A stretch of DNA of 64,000 nt from Octopus bimaculoides. Its lineage: Eukaryota. How positions within the stretch are numbered: position 1 is the stretch's first letter; every line of letters starts with the position of its first letter. The stretch spans positions 53,296,258 through 53,360,257 of the forward strand of contig NC_068993.1 in NCBI RefSeq assembly GCF_001194135.2, in the 5' to 3' direction. Under the pieces are notes generated by a model, which made no database searches, was not told where the DNA came from, and worked only from the letters and a program-made list of their open reading frames with translations. The translations under genes were made by a program, and so were the position numbers. Positions 52,079 to 64,000 of the stretch are shown here, in pieces.

Positions 52079-52984
52079 TGAGGGGATACCCAAAAGAAAC
52101 CGGAATTTTGCAATATTATTTTATTCACTTAGTTTTGGATGATTACACTTTTAATGCTTTCAAAGTATTCTCCATTTGAAGCAATGCATTGGTCCAGATA
52201 TGTTTTCCGCTGTTCGAAGCAGTCCTGGAACTCTTGTGAAGTGATGCCTTTTAGCACCTCCGTTGTTTTTTTCCTTCACCTCTTCCACTTTTCCAAGTTC
52301 CGTAGCACCAGCTTTTGTCACCAGTGATGACATTTGAAAAAAGTCCGGATCAAGTTCTGACTGTTCTTTCAGTTCACGACACACATTCAGACGTGACTGC
52401 TTTGGATCATCCGTGAACAAGTGAGGCACAAATTTTACTGCAACTCTTTTCATTCACAATTCCTCACTCAAAATTCATTAGCATGAGCTCCAGGATACAC
52501 CAGTCATATCAACAAGTTTGCCAATTGTTCGGTGATGGTTCTTCAAGATCAGTTCATGAATTTTCATGATATTTCCATTTGTTTGGGAGGTCAACGGTCA
52601 CTCTGAACAAGGTTGGTCTTCAAGTGACAAGTGACCATTCCTAAAGCATTGAAACCACTCTTAAACTTGTGTTTTTGCTCATGGCATTGTCCTTGTAAGC
52701 TGTCTGAAGCATAACAAACTGTTTTGGCTGCTGTTTTCCCCAGCAGAAAACAAAATTTCACGAAAGCATGCTGTTCCTTTGTTTCAGCCATCGCAAAAAT
52801 CACATCAGGGGAGAAGCACTGCAAAACAAAGATGCACCACATGGCAGTATAACTTGACAGAACACTGCCAGTCAGCAGACTGATGCCTGAGGGTTGCATC
52901 AAGTGGCTTCTAGTGGCAGAAGCCTGAACTACAAAGGGCTTGTTCCACAGAGAACGTTTCTGGTTACTTTTGGGTACCTCCTCA
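52079..52984 (-). mobile_element. Internally deleted mariner with both TIRs and TA duplication
   Basis: TA-TGAGGGGATACCCAAAAGAAACCGG and its imperfect inverse ending 52984-TA. Remnants MAETKEQHAFVKFCFLLGK, KFVPH, VITGDKSWCY. Confidence 0.9.
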
Positions 52985-53731
52985 TACATATATTCAGAGA
53001 TGTACATGTCAATACATACATACCTACATACATACATACACACACAGACAAACACAGACAAACACAGACAAACACACACACACACATATATACATATACA
53101 TATATATATATATATACATACACATATATATATATATTATATAATATATATATATATATATATATATGCATATATGTATGTTTTATGTAGCAATTATCTG
53201 TATGCACATGCTCCCAAATCTTCCCATTTATATCCATTTTATTGATGAGGAGTCATGTCTTTTAATGGTTTCATCAATAGCATGGCCATCTACAACATCT
53301 TCATTATCTATCCTCTCACCATTGTCATCAAAGCTGTTGCTGCTGCTGCCACCCCACCACCTCTGTCATCGTCACCACCACCACCACCACCACCACCAGT
53401 GCCATCTCATTCTCATCATCATCATTGTCATCGTCGTTATTATTGTCCTCACTGTCATCATCATCATTATCATTATCATGATGACAATGATGAAGACGAT
53501 GCTGGTGATGATGATGTTGATGGTGGTTGTGATGGTGGTGATGATGATGATGATGATGATGGTATTGATGACGATGATCACCTTTGCTGCATCATTTTAT
53601 TTCACCATGTTACTCATGGCCAGGATTTATAATACAGAATCTCCTCATTCCTGTTGGCCCCTTATTTTGGATGGAAACCTTAACCTATTTGACCCTTCCT
53701 CGATGATCTTCCCCTGTCACAACAACCCTCT

Positions 53732-53799
<68 letters not shown>

Positions 53800-54840
53800 T
53801 CTCTCTCTCTCAGCACGTGACATATCTTCACTGTATCTTCACCCAGCATCTATTTATCTACTTACGTCGCGTCGCACGTCCATAGCCGGCGATGTAGTCT
53901 TCTATTCTGCTTACATCAGCAAAATGTCTCCACTGTCCAACTACACCCTCCTCTCCCCCTTCTAACTTTCGCCAGAACTGTTGCCATAGTTACTAAACGT
54001 AGACTCACATAAAGAACGTTCTCATAATTTAAAGCTGTCTTTCTCCCCTTTTAACAGTGGAGAGGCTTTTCCTAATGAATTGCTAATGTTTTCTATACCC
54101 AGGTGGGTGGGTTGGGAGCTGGCAGCGTCGTTAGCACATTGGGCAAAATGCTTGGTGAAAATTCTTCAGACTCATTGCGTTGTAAGTTCAAAGGTCACCC
54201 AGGTTAACTTAAGGGCAGTGAACTGGCAGAACCGTTAGCACATCTGACAAAATACTAAGTCACATTTTATCTGTCTTTACATTCTGAGTTCAAATTCTAC
54301 TGAGGGTGACTTTGACTTTCCTCCTTTAGAGGTCGATAAAATAAGTACCAGTTGACTACTGGGGTCGATGCAATTCACTTTACCCCTCCCCTGAAACTGC
54401 AGGCGTTGTGCCAAAATTTGAAACCAATATTTTCTACACCCACTTATAGTTTTAGTATTAGTATTATAGTTAGAATCATTGTTGTTGTTGTTGCTGGTAA
54501 GTCCTAACTTAGTCCATGATCCAGCAGACTTATGATCAAAGGTACCACATGGTGGAATTGAACCTGAAATCACATGGTTGGGAAGCAAGCATTTTAACCA
54601 CACAGTCATGCCTGTGCCAAGTTGGTGATTACTTGTGCAATTTTTGGAAACAAGGAATTTTTGAAGGATACAGTGTCTCGACAGTTAACAATGGACATTG
54701 GTAGTTTATTCCATGTACTAACAATTCTGAGCATAAAAAAATATTTCTGAAAGTCATGGGTACTGTTCTGTTATTTGATTTTATAAGCCTTTCCACTAGT
54801 GGTGAAGGTATTGAATTAAAAAAGGTGACCAAAGTCAGTG

Positions 54841-54903
54841 GTGGTGGATAATCTTGTGATGGATAATCTTGTGGTGGATAATCTTGTGGTGGATAATCTT
54901 GTG
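54841..54903. repeat. 15-bp tandem repeat (GTGGTGGATAATCTT)x4
   Basis: Directly visible. Confidence 0.9.
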
Positions 54904-57231
54904 GGTGTCTAGACAGTCACCTACCAGACATTGAAGCTTGAATGTGTTGATGTCCAGCAAAGGAATATGTCCAAGATATGGTATCATAACTGTCAAAGGG
55001 TATTCATCTGAATTAGTTAAGGTGATGGATGACTGATTCAGTTGAGTGATAGATAAAATGAGAGTAAAAGAGACAGATTTAATAGAGTGATGGTATAAAA
55101 TACCTCAATGCCTTCAGGCATTTTATTTCATTCTTTTCCATCAGTGTTTTTCAATCATATTTTGCACATGGATCCCCTTCAATTCTTACATGACTCAGAT
55201 AGATTCCCCTACTGCTATTCAATGCTTAAAAAGTCTTATTATATTTGCAGAATTAAATATTATTAGGGACTTAATGGCAAAAAAATGGTTTTAATATTTT
55301 GTGTATTGTAGAAATATAAACAATTTATTGAAAATAAATGTTAGCAACAAAATCTTACATGGACTGCTAAGGGCCATTTAGACCCCTGTTGGGATCCACT
55401 GATCTACATTCTGAGTTCAAATTCCATTGAAGTTAACTTTAGTTTTTAATCTGCCATGGTTTTTAAAATAAGGACCAAAGAATTACTGGTGTAACTCTTA
55501 TTAGCTATACCCTCCCTCCTATCTCTGTGTCTCTTGTGACTGTGTTAGATCACAGATGGCTGGATTAGCTGGATTGGCTGTACTCTCTCTTTCTCCAAAC
55601 CACTGATATTATACAAGAAAAAAAAAAAAAGAAGACAGGACTCGTACAACTTGGCACTAGTGTTGTCATAGTTGTTGTTGTTTTTGTTAGAATACAAAGA
55701 GTTAAAATAAATACCAGAAAGTATCTCATTTGTCGTTCCAATAATTTTATCAATCCACCATCTTTGACTAACATTTTATTTTATAGACTGAGAAAGAATG
55801 AAAGTAAATGCTGACCTTTGTGGTATTTAGGTAGAGAGCCAGAATAAATACCACAAAGCTCTCTGCCAAACAGACCAGTAACTTTCTAATTCGCTTCCTC
55901 AATATCTAAAATACAGAAATATCATATCTTTAAAAAGTCAAAAGCAACTGGCATATTATTCAAGGCTAAGAAATATCTTTCTTGTTTTACTTAATTGAAA
56001 TATACTTTTGGTGCAGGTATGGCAGAGTGTCTGAGTGGGTGAGTGGCTGTGAGACTGAGTAGCTGAGTGTCTGTGTGACTGAGTGGTTGAGTAGCTGAGT
56101 GGCTGTGAGGTTGAGTGGCTGAGTGGCTGAGTGCCTAGTGGTTGAGCGGCTGTGTGGCTGAGTGGCTGTGTGGTTGAATGGCTGTGTGGCTGAGTACACA
56201 TGTATGTATGTATGTATATATAGCCTGTAGTTATTTATATGACACACACAGTTCAAGGGAGCTGTAAGATAAACTTATCCCTGAAAATTTCATTACTAAG
56301 ACGTTTGTCTGACTCAGAAGAGCTTCAGGTGAGATGAAGTGAGAGGATTAGCTAATGCTAATTACTCTCGTCTAATCCTCTTAATATAATTAATATCAAT
56401 GTCTGACAGTCGAACCTTAAAATAAACAATGAATACCTTTTCAGGTGAAAAACACTTTTTACTTTTGCAATTTCCCACCATTTGTATGTTTGATCTTTTT
56501 GTTTGTTCACCATGCCTTTAACCCCCACCTCTCTTTCTTTCTCTTTCCCCTCTTACTTACCTCTGCCTCTCCCTCTCTTTACCACTATCATTCCCTCTTT
56601 TCTCTATCACCATCTCTTTTTTCCCTACCCCCACCTCTCCTCCTTTCACTCTAAGCTTCTATCCATCTCTCTTTATCTACCGCTCTCTCCTCTTCTTTAT
56701 GTCTAGCCTTCTAGTCCTCTCTCTCTCTACCTCAATTTCTCCTTCATTCCTTTCTAACCTTGTATCCCTCCTCACCCACCACTGCCTCTCTCCTGCCTCT
56801 CCATCAGTGTCTCCCCTTCTTTAACTCTATCTCTCTACATCTTACTCTCTATTTCTGCTTCCCTCTCACCCTATCACAGTCCCTCTTCTCTCATTATCAC
56901 TATGTGTGTGTGTGTGTGTGCATGTGTGCATGTATGTGTGTCTGTGCATGTGTGTGTATGCACATGTGCATGTATGTGCATGTGTATGTGCGTGTGTATG
57001 CACATGTATATCTTTGTGTCTGTGCTTGTGCCCCCGCACTGTTTGACAACCGGTGTTGGTGTGTTTACATCCCAGTAACTTTGCGGTTTGGCAAAAGAGA
57101 CCAATAGAACAAGTACCAGGCTTAAAAAAAAAAAAAAAAAGCAGTGTGGTTGATTTGTTTGACTAAATTTCGTCAAGGTGTTACCCCAGCATGGCCACAG
57201 CCTAATGACTGAAACAAGTAAAAAATAAAAG

Positions 57232-57273
<42 letters not shown>

Positions 57274-57383
57274 ATTTGGGGATGGTCATATTGCCAGTTT
57301 AGCCAATAAAAACACACGCACTGTATATTTGGTGTTAATTTGCTTCAGCTTTATATTACATTACATTACATTAATCATATTTC

Positions 57384-57428
57384 GGCCAGAATTCTTTCGT
57401 CACACTTCTGTGACCTCATCAGTGGTCC
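57384..57428 (-). ncRNA. Type I minimal hammerhead ribozyme motif, core intact
   Basis: Minus strand: GGACCA-CTGATGA-G-GTCACA-GAAG-TGTGAC-GAAA-GAATT-C-TGGCC. UUC triplet. Stem III weak. Confidence 0.8.
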
Positions 57429-57639
57429 TTTGCTTTCTTCTTTCTTATGTGGGTCCCTCCTTGCTAAACTGGCTAAACTGGCAATATATGACCATCCCCA
57501 AATACAACAACATCGGTTTCAACACACGATTTCAGATCAAAAATCTAGCAAAACAAATATCTATATATATATATATACATAAGTGAATTGTTCACAGTGG
57601 CTAAATGCATTCTCAATGCCACCATTAATTTGAAAATTT

Positions 57640-58200
57640 AAAAAAACACTGTGAAGCTGGTCAGTGTAACCATAGTGTTGTGGCAATGAAGCTATTCCAT
57701 GGCATTTAAAATAAAATCTGCTGTAAATTTATTTAATGTCATTGTGGATTTTTATCCATTCTTTTTAAAATGCCTTTTTACAAAAATCTCGAATTTTAAG
57801 AAACCATTTGCTATAACCTGTAACCTTTGTATCAGAATAATAATGAATGCTGGGAAGCCATTGTTATATCATGTCCATTTGAATTGGATTAAAGAGGAGG
57901 GCAATCAGCTGCCCAATGTATCCATGGGAAGCTTTAATTGGACTAAGATGGTTGACTTCAAAGGATTCTTTATTCTTCACTCCCCCAGGAAGTGAGCCTT
58001 TCTGAACATCTCTGGTTTGTACAGAGATGATGGTTTAGCAATCCCCTACAATATGAATAGCCTCACAACAAATAGATTTACAAAGGAATTTAGATAAGGA
58101 TATTCAAAAAGTTTGGCTTAAATAGAATTATCTCTTCTGAGCTAATGATAGCAAATTTTCTAGATATTACACTGATCTGATTTAAGACAGTAAAGAACCA
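57640..58200 (+). pseudogene. Penelope-like element reverse transcriptase remnant
   Basis: Disrupted frames give CKFI..VIVDFYP, IIMNAGKPLL, VSMGSF...GFFIL, GLYRDDGLAI (YRDD at 58020-58031), IFKKFGL and NFLDITL in the order expected for a PLE RT. Confidence 0.8.
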
Positions 58201-58737
58201 CCTGTGTGTGAAGCCTATAAATATATACCCATAAAACTTCAAATACCCCTCACAGGCACATGTGTGTGTGTGCACACAGGCACATATGTGTGTGTGCGTG
58301 CATGTGTGTGAGCATGTATGTGTGTGCATGTATGTGTGTGCATGTGTATCCATGTGTGTGTGTGTATATGTGTGTGTGCATGCGTGTGTGTGCATGTGTG
58401 TGTGTGTGCATGTGTGTGTGTGTGTGTGTGTGTGGATGGGAATATAACTAATGCCCTAGCGGCAGAAATCCTGTCTAATGGTTGTATGACAAATGGTTCC
58501 AGTTTTCAAGGTAACAGGTTGTTTACCGAGAGACAGATGTCTTCAAAATTGATCCCCTTGCATGGTTACAGAGAAGATCCTTTACAGATTAATAAGGTCC
58601 TTGTTTTAAAGATAGCAGAGTGTTTTCTGAGGGATATTGGTCTGCTATATCAAGCCAACTGGACATCTTCGCATATATATGTTCTGAATGATTCAAGAAG
58701 ATCCATTCTTATTGGGTCCTCATTAGAATATGTTTAA

Positions 58738-58802
58738 GGACAGGATGTCTGGACAGGATGTCTGGACAGGATGTCTGGACAGGATGTCTGGACAGGATGT
58801 CT
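58738..58802. repeat. Perfect 13-bp tandem repeat (GGACAGGATGTCT)x5
   Basis: Directly visible. Confidence 0.95.
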
Positions 58803-59386
58803 GGTATAGGAACACATGATGACAGTGATGATGATGACAATGATGATGATGATGATGACAACGATGATGCTCACAATGATGATGATGATGACAATGACGA
58901 TAATGACAATGATGATGATGATGACAACAACAGTGACATCGATGACAGCGATGATGATGATGATTACAGCAACGATGGTGACGACGATGACGATTATGAT
59001 GACATTGATGACAAAAGACAATGATGACGACGACAACAATGATGATGATGACAATCATTATGATGATGGTGGTGGTGGGGTGATGGTTGTGGTGAAGGTG
59101 ATGCTGAGAATGATTTTGATAATGATGATGATGATGTCACTATCATCATCATCACCACCTCCACTACTCTTGCCACTGCCACCGCTGCTGCCAATGGAGC
59201 AATGGTGCATTCAATGGCACTGTCTCAGATATCCCCACCCCTTTGTCTGAAGTGAGTCAGCATAGATGACCTCCCCTCCCCCCCCCCACACTCACAAACA
59301 CAACAGCAATTTTTGGAGCAGTGCTTATGTNNNNNNNNNNCCCCCCACACTCACAAACACAACAGCAATTTTTGGAGCAGTGCTTA

Positions 59387-59420
<34 letters not shown>

Positions 59421-59617
59421 GGTTTTGTGGTGGTGGTGGAAGAGACGCCTATGGTAATATAAGAAGGACGATAGGGGGAGGGAGGGAGGTGGATGTAAAT
59501 TAGGTTGGTTGCCATAGAGACATAAAGATGGTGAAGTGATGACCATTATCTCCCTAAACATGATGTTTGATCAATATTTGACATCTGGATGTTGTATAAG
59601 GAATTATCGACACTGCT

Positions 59618-59686
<69 letters not shown>

Positions 59687-59829
59687 TAGGTGTGTGTATG
59701 TGTGTGTATGTATATATATATATATATACTCACACACACATATATCATTATCTGGATACACACACACACACACAAATATTATTATCTGTATGTATGCCTG
59801 TGTCTGTATAAACACACACATGCGTACAT

Positions 59830-59864
<35 letters not shown>

Positions 59865-60466
59865 TGCACGGATGCACACATATGGACACAGACACATACT
59901 GTTCCAGTACCAATAACGGTCTTAGATAATATCCAGATGTCAGTTATTGATCATTCATCATGTTTACAGACATAACGCCTCCCCACCCACCACACACGTA
60001 CACACATCCACGCACGCAATCACACACACACACACACACATGCACAGGCACACAGACACATTGCACCCATGCTTAAGACCGGCGTATACACATTTTATAT
60101 ACGAAAGACAGACATTAATGCAGTGACATGTACTTTTATATATAGAGCAATTTTATCATATGAAAATGAAGATGAGAATGAAGATGATGATGGTTTGATT
60201 TCTACGTCCATCCCCTTTGGATTAGATGAGACTTCTTGAAGCTGTATTCTGTTCTTCAACTGGATATAGAATAGGGGATAATGAAAGACCTTACTTTGTT
60301 TCCAAGTAAGGCTCCTTTATTTCATGTCTTTTCATATTCAATGACTGTGCTTCCTTCCGTATGTCTTGTGTCTGCTGGTTAGAAACAACATTACTGCTGC
60401 TCAAGTGAGCTCAGTGCAAACACACGCAGAGTCGAACACAAGCAGCACATACCTGCACATATACAT

Positions 60467-60502
<36 letters not shown>

Positions 60503-60570
60503 ATGCACACACACACATACACACACACATGCATATATGTACATATTTATCTGTGTATAAATATTAAATA

Positions 60571-61155
60571 GGCACGGGCATGGCTGTGTGGTAAGTAGCT
60601 TGCTTACCAACAACATGGTTCCAGGTTCAGTCCCACTGTGCAGCACCTAGGGCAAGTGTCTTCTACTATGCCCTTGGGCCGACCAAAGCCTTGTGGGTGG
60701 ATTTGGTAGACAGAAACTGAAAGAAGCCCATCATATATATACATATATATATATACATATATATATATATACATACATACATTATTTATATAGATAGGGT
60801 GATAAATTGAATATTAATTCAATTTAAAACCAAGTGGCCTAGCATATAAAAAAATCTGAAAATTCAGAAAAAATTAATATTCAATTTATCACCCTATCTA
60901 TATAAATAATAATACAATTTTATACATACATATACATATGTGTGTGTGTGCGTGTTTGTGTGTCTGTGTTTGTCTCCCCAACATCACTTGACAACCGATG
61001 CTGGTGTGTTTACGTACCTGTAACCTAGTGTTTTGGCAAAAGAGACTGATAGAATAAGTACTAGGCTTACAAAGAATAAGTCTTGGGGGCGATTTGCTCA
61101 ACTAAGGACGGTGCTCCAGCATGGCTACAGTCAATGACTGAAACAAGTAAAAGAA
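60571..61155 (+). mobile_element. Full-length tRNA-derived SINE with internal microsatellite. Partial copies (approximate): 1835-2020(-), 2065-2243, 16370-16620, 21945-22245, 26700-26900, 35480-35615(-), 57030-57230
   Basis: A box TGGCTGTGTGG, B box GGTTCAGTCCC, central (TA)/(TG) tract, tail GACTGAAACAAGTAAAAGA. Confidence 0.9.
60781..60910. repeat. Perfect 39-bp inverted repeat with 52-bp spacer, nested in the SINE microsatellite
   Basis: ATTATTTATATAGATAGGGTGATAAATTGAATATTAATT (60781-60819) and its exact reverse complement (60872-60910). Confidence 0.9.
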
Positions 61156-62511
61156 TAAAATAAAAGAATATATACATACAAAAAAAACATGCTATTATCT
61201 ATAGCTTTATCTGCTTCAAGATTCATAGAGAGAGAGAAGGTATTTTTTTCTTTTTGCTTGTTGTTTGCTGCGTTTTTTTCTTTTTGCTTGTTGTTTGCTG
61301 CTTACCACACAACTGTTAAGAAATAGCACCGTCTCCTACTTTTTTTTGTTAGACGCTGGCAAACAAAATGTATCTCTCCTTCACCCTCCCTCTCACAAGC
61401 ATACAATTTCTCTCTCTCTCCTTCAGGTGCAAACTTCGAAATTGGTAAAAGTTATGGTTGAAAATCGATTTTTACAGGTATACGCGGGTACCTCCGAGAG
61501 AGAAAGTTGACGAAAATGCACATAGGGTCATTCCGAATCTCCTCCTAAAATTGGAGCNNNNNNNNNNNNNNNNNNNNNNNNNNNNNNNNNNNNNNNNNNN
61601 NNNNNNNNNNNNNNNNNNNNNNNNNNNNNNNNNNNNNNNNNNNNNNNNNNNNNNNNNNNNNNNNNNNNNNNNNNNNNNNNNNNNNNNNNNNNNNNNNNNN
61701 NNNNNNNNNNNNNNNNNNNNNNNNNNNNNNNNNNNNNNNNNNNNNNNNNNNNNNNNNNNNNNNNNNNNNNNNNNNNNNNNNNNNNNNNNNNNNNNNNNNN
61801 NNNNNNNNNNNNNNNNNNNNNNNNNNNNNNNNNNNNNNNNNNNNNNNNNNNNNNNNNNNNNNNNNNNNNNNNNNNNNNNNNNNNNNNNNNNNNNNNNNNN
61901 NNNNNNNNNNNNNNNNNNNNNNNNNNNNNNNNNNNNNNNNNNNNNNNNNNNNNNNNNNNNNNNNNNNNNNNNNNNNNNNNNNNNNNNNNNNNNNNNNNNN
62001 NNNNNNNNNNNNNNNNNNNNNNNNNNNNNNNNNNNNNNNNNNNNNNNNNNNNNNNNNNNNNNNNNNNNNNNNNNNNNNNNNNNNNNNNNNNNNNNNNNNN
62101 NNNNNNNNNNNNNNNNNNNNNNNNNNNNNNNNNNNNNNNNNNNNNNNNNNNNNNNNNNNNNNNNNNNNNNNNNNNNNNNNNNNNNNNNNNNNNNNNNNNN
62201 NNNNNNNNNNNNNNNNNNNNNNNNNNNNNNNNNNNNNNNNNNNNNNNNNNNNNNNNNNNNNNNNNNNNNNNNNNNNNNNNNNNNNNNNNNNNNNNNNNNN
62301 NNNNNNNNNNNNNNNNNNNNNNNNNNNNNNNNNNNNNNNNNNNNNNNNNNNNNNNNNNNNNNNNNNNNNNNNNNNNNNNNNNNNNNNNNNNNNNNNNNNN
62401 NNNNNNNNNNNNNNNNNNNNNNNNNNNNNNNNNNNNNNNNNNNNNNNNNNNNNNNNNNNNNNNNNNNNNNNNNNNNNNNNNNNNNNNNNNNNNNNNNNNN
62501 NNNNNNNNNNN

Positions 62512-62553
<42 letters not shown>

Positions 62554-63479
62554 CTAAAGACCACACAAACAATCACACACATGTTTATAGAAGATTTAGA
62601 TATAGATATGTAGTGGTGGTGGTGGTGGTGGTGGTGGGGAGTCGTTTAATGTTTGTTGATGAAACACTTTGAAAAATGCCAAAATCCCAAAGTTAATCAT
62701 AATACATAAATGAAGCATTCTTGTAGATCAAGGTCAGATTTGACTGGCTTACAAATTGGTATGACACACACACACACATACACAATTAGTTGGCTATACA
62801 TACGCACACTCACACTCACTCACACACAGACATATACAGACATGCACATATGCTCACACACATGCACTTCCACGTATACACACACGTGTGTGTAGAAGTG
62901 TAAAGATCCCTTTCTTTGCATTTGTATAGTTCTATAGCTATCAAGTACTCAAGTACTTTTACTAATTGTAGTCTTTTACTCTCTTTTTCCGGTTCCAGTC
63001 AGTTAGTTACGATCATGCTGGAGCACTCCCATTATATTTGATTGTTTTTGTGTTGATATATACTGCGATAGTACATTGGCAGGAGAGACAGAGGGAGAGA
63101 GAGAAAAAGACATACAGACAGAGAGGCAGGCACACAGACATACCGATAAACAAGTAATATATACATGTATGTATGTATTATATATACATGTATATATATA
63201 TATATATATNNNNNNNNNNNNNNNNNNNNNNNNNNNNNNNNNNNNNNNNNNNNNNNNNNNNNNNNNNNNNNNNNNNNNNNNNNNNNNNNNNNNNNNNNNN
63301 NNNNNNNNNNNNNNNNNNNNNNNNNNNNNNNNNNNNNNNNNNNNNNNNNNNNNNNNNNNNNNNNNNNNNNNNNNNNNNNNNNNNNNNNNNNNNNNNNNNN
63401 NNNNNNNNNNNNNNNNNNNNNNNNNNNNNNNNNNNNNNNNNNNNNNNNNNNNNNNNNNNNNNNNNNNNNNNNNNNNNNN

Positions 63480-63554
<75 letters not shown>

Positions 63555-63949
63555 TATGCCAAAATATATAAAATGAGCAAGCGGATAGCTGATTACATAT
63601 GCAGGAAGATAAATAGATATATTGTTACATTTTGGTGCCAGTATTCAATTATTAGATCCTTTCCTGGTACCTTCCTATGATGCAGCTTTTCCCATATCTT
63701 TGGTGAAAGTTTCAAAGTTGATTCTGTAAGTTTTTATTACACAAGATAGCAGAGTATTCTTTGTTGATAACATCTATCCATTCTGAATTCTGTTAAAAAT
63801 CTTTCTTCACATTCTTACAGTCTAGATCTTCCACCAAAAATGATTGAAGATCCTTCTGAGAAGAGGCTTATTTTACGTTGTTCATGGTCTTCTTTGCCTG
63901 CACTCCTGTTGTTGCTGCCGATGTATATGTATGTACGTATATGAGCACA

Positions 63950-63985
<36 letters not shown>

Positions 63986-64000
63986 TGTATATATATATAT

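Noticed and set aside
58435-58737. ~100-codon open frame after the Penelope RT remnant
   Set aside because: No recognisable RT thumb or GIY-YIG motif, no start or splice signals; left unassigned.
58738-58802. Short direct-repeat arrays as CRISPR (also 28470-28585 and 54841-54903)
   Set aside because: No unique spacers, eukaryotic context, no cas genes; plain minisatellites.
59281-59388. ~50-bp tandem duplication
   Set aside because: It flanks a 10-N gap; assembly artefact.

Overview
AT-rich, gap-ridden animal genomic DNA with dense microsatellites. The SINE/LINE repertoire suggests an octopus or other coleoid cephalopod (inference, not verified). Two intact spliced genes sit head-to-head with 290 bp between start codons. 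RPS3 is on the minus strand (5 coding exons, 241 aa, plus an inferred non-coding last exon). A cathepsin O-like protease is on the plus strand (9 exons, 346 aa, full Gln/Cys/His/Asn catalytic set). Possible exons of a third, unidentified gene lie in the first 9 kb. The rest is transposon debris: mariner, Tigger/pogo, Merlin, RTE LINEs, tRNA-derived SINEs, MITEs and a Penelope-like reverse transcriptase remnant. The most notable signal is seven minimal type I hammerhead-ribozyme motifs in five sequence families. Three keep an intact catalytic core. One family is the 3' module of a tRNA-headed SINE-like element with an inverted duplication, and another lies about 200 bp from the Penelope RT. Together they suggest a Penelope-mobilised, ribozyme-carrying retroelement system. 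All folds and alignments were done by eye, no activity or database match has been tested, and repeat boundaries are approximate.
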